A stretch of 64,000 nt of DNA from Synechococcus sp. Lineage in GTDB: Bacteria > Cyanobacteriota > Cyanobacteriia > PCC-6307 > Cyanobiaceae. The stretch lies in the NCBI GenBank assembly GCA_047284725.1, contig JBJBEO010000001.1:760202-824201 (forward strand). Reading direction: 5' to 3'. The position numbers and the translations under genes were made by a program. Below the pieces are notes generated by a model. The model was not told the origin of the DNA, ran no database searches, and saw only the letters and a list, made by a program, of their open reading frames with translations. Within the stretch, counting starts at the first letter, position 1; every line of letters starts with the position of its first letter. Positions 61,901 to 64,000 of the stretch are shown here, piece by piece.

Positions 61901-64000
61901 AGCACCAGCGTCGATGGTGAAGAGGGAAGAGAAGTTAGTGGTGTGATCTGTGCCGAGGTGGGTTTCGTCGACTTGTAGGGAGTCAGCTGTAGCGGGAGTG
62001 ACTGTGATTGAGGGCCCGTCATCTTTGAAGGAGACGGCGCCAGAGAGATCAACGGATTGTGAGGCTGTATCCCCGTCGTTATCGGTGACGGTGGCTTGGA
62101 GCTTGATGGATCCAGCCGAGAGGTTTTTGGCCTCATCAGGGGATGAGGTTCCGCCAGTTGGGTGTACGAGAGATCGGATCTGATCGAGGGTGACGTCTCC
62201 GTTTGTTGCAACGGAGAGTGTGAAGGCTGGTTTGCCTTGTGGGTCAGGTGCTGAGCCGGAGCCGACGCGTCCGATGACCTGTCCGTGCTCGAGGTAGAGG
62301 AAGACGGGTTGTCCTGTGGCGGTGTCGACGACGCCGCTGTCGGTGCGAGATGTCAGGACGAGTGAGTAATCGAGGGATTGTTGCTGATCAGCACCAGCGT
62401 CGATGGTGAAGAGGGAAGAGAAGTTAGTGGTGTGATCTGTGCCGAGGTGGGTTTCGTCGACTTGTAGGGAGTCAGCTGTAGCGGGAGTGACTGTGATTGA
62501 GGGCCCGTCATCTTTGAAGGAGACGGCGCCAGAGAGATCAACGGATTGTGAGGCTGTATCCCCGTCGTTATCGGTGACGGTGGCTTGGAGCTTGATGGAT
62601 CCAGCCGAGAGGTTTTTGGCCTCATCAGGGGATGAGGTTCCGCCAGTTGGGTGTACGAGAGATCGGATCTGATCGAGGGTGACGTCTCCGTTTGTTGCAA
62701 CGGAGAGTGTGAAGGCTGGTTTGCCTTGTGGGTCAGGTGCTGAGCCGGAGCCGACGCGTCCGATGACCTGTCCGTGCTCGAGGTAGAGGAAGACGGGTTG
62801 TCCTGTGGCGGTGTCGACGACGCCGCTGTCGGTGCGAGATGTCAGGACGAGTGAGTAATCGAGGGATTGTTGCTGATCAGCACCAGCGTCGATGGTGAAG
62901 AGGGAAGAGAAGTTAGTGGTGTGATCTGTGCCGAGGTGGGTTTCGTCGACTTGTAGGGAGTCAGCTGTAGCGGGAGTGACTGTGATTGAGGGCCCGTCAT
63001 CTTTGAAGGAGACGGCGCCAGAGAGATCAACGGATTGTGAGGCTGTATCCCCGTCGTTATCGGTGACGGTGGCTTGGAGCTTGATGGATCCAGCCGAGAG
63101 GTTTTTGGCCTCATCAGGGGATGAGGTTCCGCCAGTTGGGTGTACGAGAGATCGGATCTGATCGAGGGTGACGTCTCCGTTTGTTGCAACGGAGAGTGTG
63201 AAGGCTGGTTTGCCTTGTGGGTCAGGTGCTGAGCCGGAGCCGACGCGTCCGATGACCTGTCCGTGCTCGAGGTAGAGGAAGACGGGTTGTCCTGTGGCGG
63301 TGTCGACGACGCCGCTGTCGGTGCGAGATGTCAGGACGAGTGAGTAATCGAGGGATTGTTGCTGATCAGCACCAGCGTCGATGGTGAAGAGGGAAGAGAA
63401 GTTAGTGGTGTGATCTGTGCCGAGGTGGGTTTCGTCGACTTGTAGGGAGTCAGCTGTAGCGGGAGTGACTGTGATTGAGGGCCCGTCATCTTTGAAGGAG
63501 ACGGCGCCAGAGAGATCAACGGATTGTGAGGCTGTATCCCCGTCGTTATCGGTGACGGTGGCTTGGAGCTTGATGGATCCAGCCGAGAGGTTTTTGGCCT
63601 CATCAGGGGATGAGGTTCCGCCAGTTGGGTGTACGAGAGATCGGATCTGATCGAGGGTGACGTCTCCGTTTGTTGCAACGGAGAGTGTGAAGGCTGGTTT
63701 GCCTTGTGGGTCAGGTGCTGAGCCGGAGCCGACGCGTCCGATGACCTGTCCGTGCTCGAGGTAGAGGAAGACGGGTTGTCCTGTGGCGGTGTCGACGACG
63801 CCGCTGTCGGTGCGAGATGTCAGGACGAGTGAGTAATCGAGGGATTGTTGCTGATCAGCACCAGCGTCGATGGTGAAGAGGGAAGAGAAGTTAGTGGTGT
63901 GATCTGTGCCGAGGTGGGTTTCGTCGACTTGTAGGGAGTCAGCTGTAGCGGGAGTGACTGTGATTGAGGGCCCGTCATCTTTGAAGGAGACGGCGCCAGA
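55940..64000 (-). CDS. Giant repetitive adhesin-like protein (DUF5801-like repeats); 5' end lies beyond the window
   Basis: Manual translation shows the frame of 55940-57463 stays open through the repeat unit, with no stop and no in-frame ATG/GTG/TTG; unit DDGPSITVT...VDET...DSGVVDTATG...TDNDGD...SFK. Confidence 0.88.
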   Translation of the reverse strand, partial: SGAVSFKDDGPSITVTPATADSLQVDETHLGTDHTTNFSSLFTIDAGADQQQSLDYSLVLTSRTDSGVVDTATGQPVFLYLEHGQVIGRVGSGSAPDPQGKPAFTLSVATNGDVTLDQIRSLVHPTGGTSSPDEAKNLSAGSIKLQATVTDNDGDTASQSVDLSGAVSFKDDGPSITVTPATADSLQVDETHLGTDHTTNFSSLFTIDAGADQQQSLDYSLVLTSRTDSGVVDTATGQPVFLYLEHGQVIGRVGSGSAPDPQGKPAFTLSVATNGDVTLDQIRSLVHPTGGTSSPDEAKNLSAGSIKLQATVTDNDGDTASQSVDLSGAVSFKDDGPSITVTPATADSLQVDETHLGTDHTTNFSSLFTIDAGADQQQSLDYSLVLTSRTDSGVVDTATGQPVFLYLEHGQVIGRVGSGSAPDPQGKPAFTLSVATNGDVTLDQIRSLVHPTGGTSSPDEAKNLSAGSIKLQATVTDNDGDTASQSVDLSGAVSFKDDGPSITVTPATADSLQVDETHLGTDHTTNFSSLFTIDAGADQQQSLDYSLVLTSRTDSGVVDTATGQPVFLYLEHGQVIGRVGSGSAPDPQGKPAFTLSVATNGDVTLDQIRSLVHPTGGTSSPDEAKNLSAGSIKLQATVTDNDGDTASQSVDLSGAVSFKDDGPSITVTPATADSLQVDETHLGTDHTTNFSSLFTIDAGADQQQSLDYSLVLTSRTDSGVVDTATGQPVFLYLEHGQVIGRVGSGSAPDPQGKPAFTLSVATNGDVTLDQIRSLVHPTGGTSSPDEAKNLSAGSIKLQATVTDNDGDTASQSVDLSGAVSFKDDGPSITVTPATADSLQVDETHLGTDHTTNFSSLFTIDAGADQQQSLDYSLVLTSRTDSGVVDTATGQPVFLYLEHGQVIGRVGSGSAPDPQGKPAFTLSVATNGDVTLDQIRSLVHPTGGTSSPDEAKNLSAGSIKLQATVTDNDGDTASQSVDLSGAVSFKDDGPSITVTPATADSLQVDETHLGTDHTTNFSSLFTIDAGADQQQSLDYSLVLTSRTDSGVVDTATGQPVFLYLEHGQVIGRVGSGSAPDPQGKPAFTLSVATNGDVTLDQIRSLVHPTGGTSSPDEAKNLSAGSIKLQATVTDNDGDTASQSVDLSGAVSFKDDGPSITVTPATADSLQVDETHLGTDHTTNFSSLFTIDAGADQQQSLDYSLVLTSRTDSGVVDTATGQPVFLYLEHGQVIGRVGSGSAPDPQGKPAFTLSVATNGDVTLDQIRSLVHPTGGTSSPDEAKNLSAGSIKLQATVTDNDGDTASQSVDLSGAVSFKDDGPSITVTPATADSLQVDETHLGTDHTTNFSSLFTIDAGADQQQSLDYSLVLTSRTDSGVVDTATGQPVFLYLEHGQVIGRVGSGSAPDPQGKPAFTLSVATNGDVTLDQIRSLVHPTGGTSSPDEAKNLSAGSIKLQATVTDNDGDTASQSVDLSGAVSFKDDGPSITVTPATADSLQVDETHLGTDHTTNFSSLFTIDAGADQQQSLDYSLVLTSRTDSGVVDTATGQPVFLYLEHGQVIGRVGSGSAPDPQGKPAFTLSVATNGDVTLDQIRSLVHPTGGTSSPDEAKNLSAGSIKLQATVTDNDGDTASQSVDLSGAVSFKDDGPSITVTPATADSLQVDETHLGTDHTTNFSSLFTIDAGADQQQSLDYSLVLTSRTDSGVVDTATGQPVFLYLEHGQVIGRVGSGSAPDPQGKPAFTLSVATNGDVTLDQIRSLVHPTGGTSSPDEAKNLSAGSIKLQATVTDNDGDTASQSVDLSGAVSFKDDGPSITVTPATADSLQVDETHLGTDHTTNFSSLFTIDAGADQQQSLDYSLVLTSRTDSGVVDTATGQPVFLYLEHGQVIGRVGSGSAPDPQGKPAFTLSVATNGDVTLDQIRSLVHPTGGTSSPDEAKNLSAGSIKLQATVTDNDGDTASQSVDLSGAVSFKDDGPSITVTPATADSLQVDETHLGTDHTTNFSSLFTIDAGADQQQSLDYSLVLTSRTDSGVVDTATGQPVFLYLEHGQVIGRVGSGSAPDPQGKPAFTLSVATNGDVTLDQIRSLVHPTGGTSSPDEAKNLSAGSIKLQATVTDNDGDTASQSVDLSGAVSFKDDGPSIDIGIHTAGLKNDHLGPNHKTANFSDDFERISSDYGADGSGSIHSSYALSVRSRGVDSGVVDTATGQHVFLYLEHGQVIGRVGSGSAPDPQGTPAFTFSVNSQTGIATLSQIRNIEHPQGAQTKTLSDADLIQLTRTDTITDRDGDKALDRASINIGTRLSFKGDPPPQPQHPQTPQTPQSPQTPQIDGGHNDNHGDIVETYHEGRSPHSAITGYRFRDGSVIAVHNIPSDWGLQKSGSAWSQNHSPTPHGPTASASDEPQQIETVDVVAQLNSFEIIESQEDDTDSAQSSLDVSIKTKTKSENQDQKSSGQDHDDQADNSDPTDTSEKNDGSFLATDALANTQEIDASSNTAADTASTDTASLEEKMSNQLDRETSTEPLSQSIPGSNSQASRDSLDKKGIFKQEGDNPDSEDDDAKSVFSDPSQSAQQSDTDHASDYNQAEPSASPALNGDALSAALSDLQQLHPDDLSALNHNHEANGSDAESSINASDPQPGPSLDPASIPVTPTHDAFSETTPTDDKKTTAPVLEEAQDGLTPASDPTSQDDQDLSLLNL
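57606..64000. repeat. Tandem array of 13 complete 489-bp repeats plus 38 bp
   Basis: ATTGAGGGCCCGTC recurs at 57606, 58095 ... 63963; shadow ORFs are identical in each unit; one diverged unit at ~57115-57605. Confidence 0.95.

Noticed and set aside
57577..63678. Repeated 115-aa (-) and 77-aa (+) ORFs in the track
   Set aside because: Shadow frames of the giant adhesin repeat
57606..64000. CRISPR array or non-coding satellite
   Set aside because: Units are 489 bp with no unique spacers and translate in-frame as a protein repeat

Overview
Chromosomal window from a marine picocyanobacterium, most likely Synechococcus (inferred from gene content). Core genes at the left (flotillin, K+-channel-like protein, ftsH, argF, esterase, lexA) lead to tRNA-Ala(GGC). 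The tRNA is the integration site of a ~26.2 kb integrative element (6577-32852) bounded by a perfect 47-bp direct repeat of the tRNA 3' part. The element encodes a tyrosine integrase, an excisionase-like HTH, a Zn-finger protein, an AAA helicase and small-terminase-like genes, which resembles a tycheposon/PICI. Its cargo includes several candidate defence nucleases, notably a J-domain + tandem-repeat/HNH two-gene operon, a PD-(D/E)xK protein and a Zn-ribbon-HEPN protein. It also carries secreted nucleases and a protease, many gene relics, and two multicopy structured non-coding RNA candidates whose copies show compensatory base changes (a ~335-nt RNA in 2 copies and a pseudoknotted leader in 3 copies). 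Island-like small genes continue past attR: NblA-like, a glutamine-II riboswitch with NtcA box and DUF4278 peptide, an NRAMP transporter and two PilZ proteins. Core genes follow (yjbQ, cobQ, maf), then a PstS-like + two-channel operon. The window ends in the 3' part of a giant minus-strand adhesin-like gene containing 13 apparently identical 489-bp (163-aa DUF5801-like) repeats, which the ORF track missed. All family calls come from motif recognition by eye; no database searches were run.
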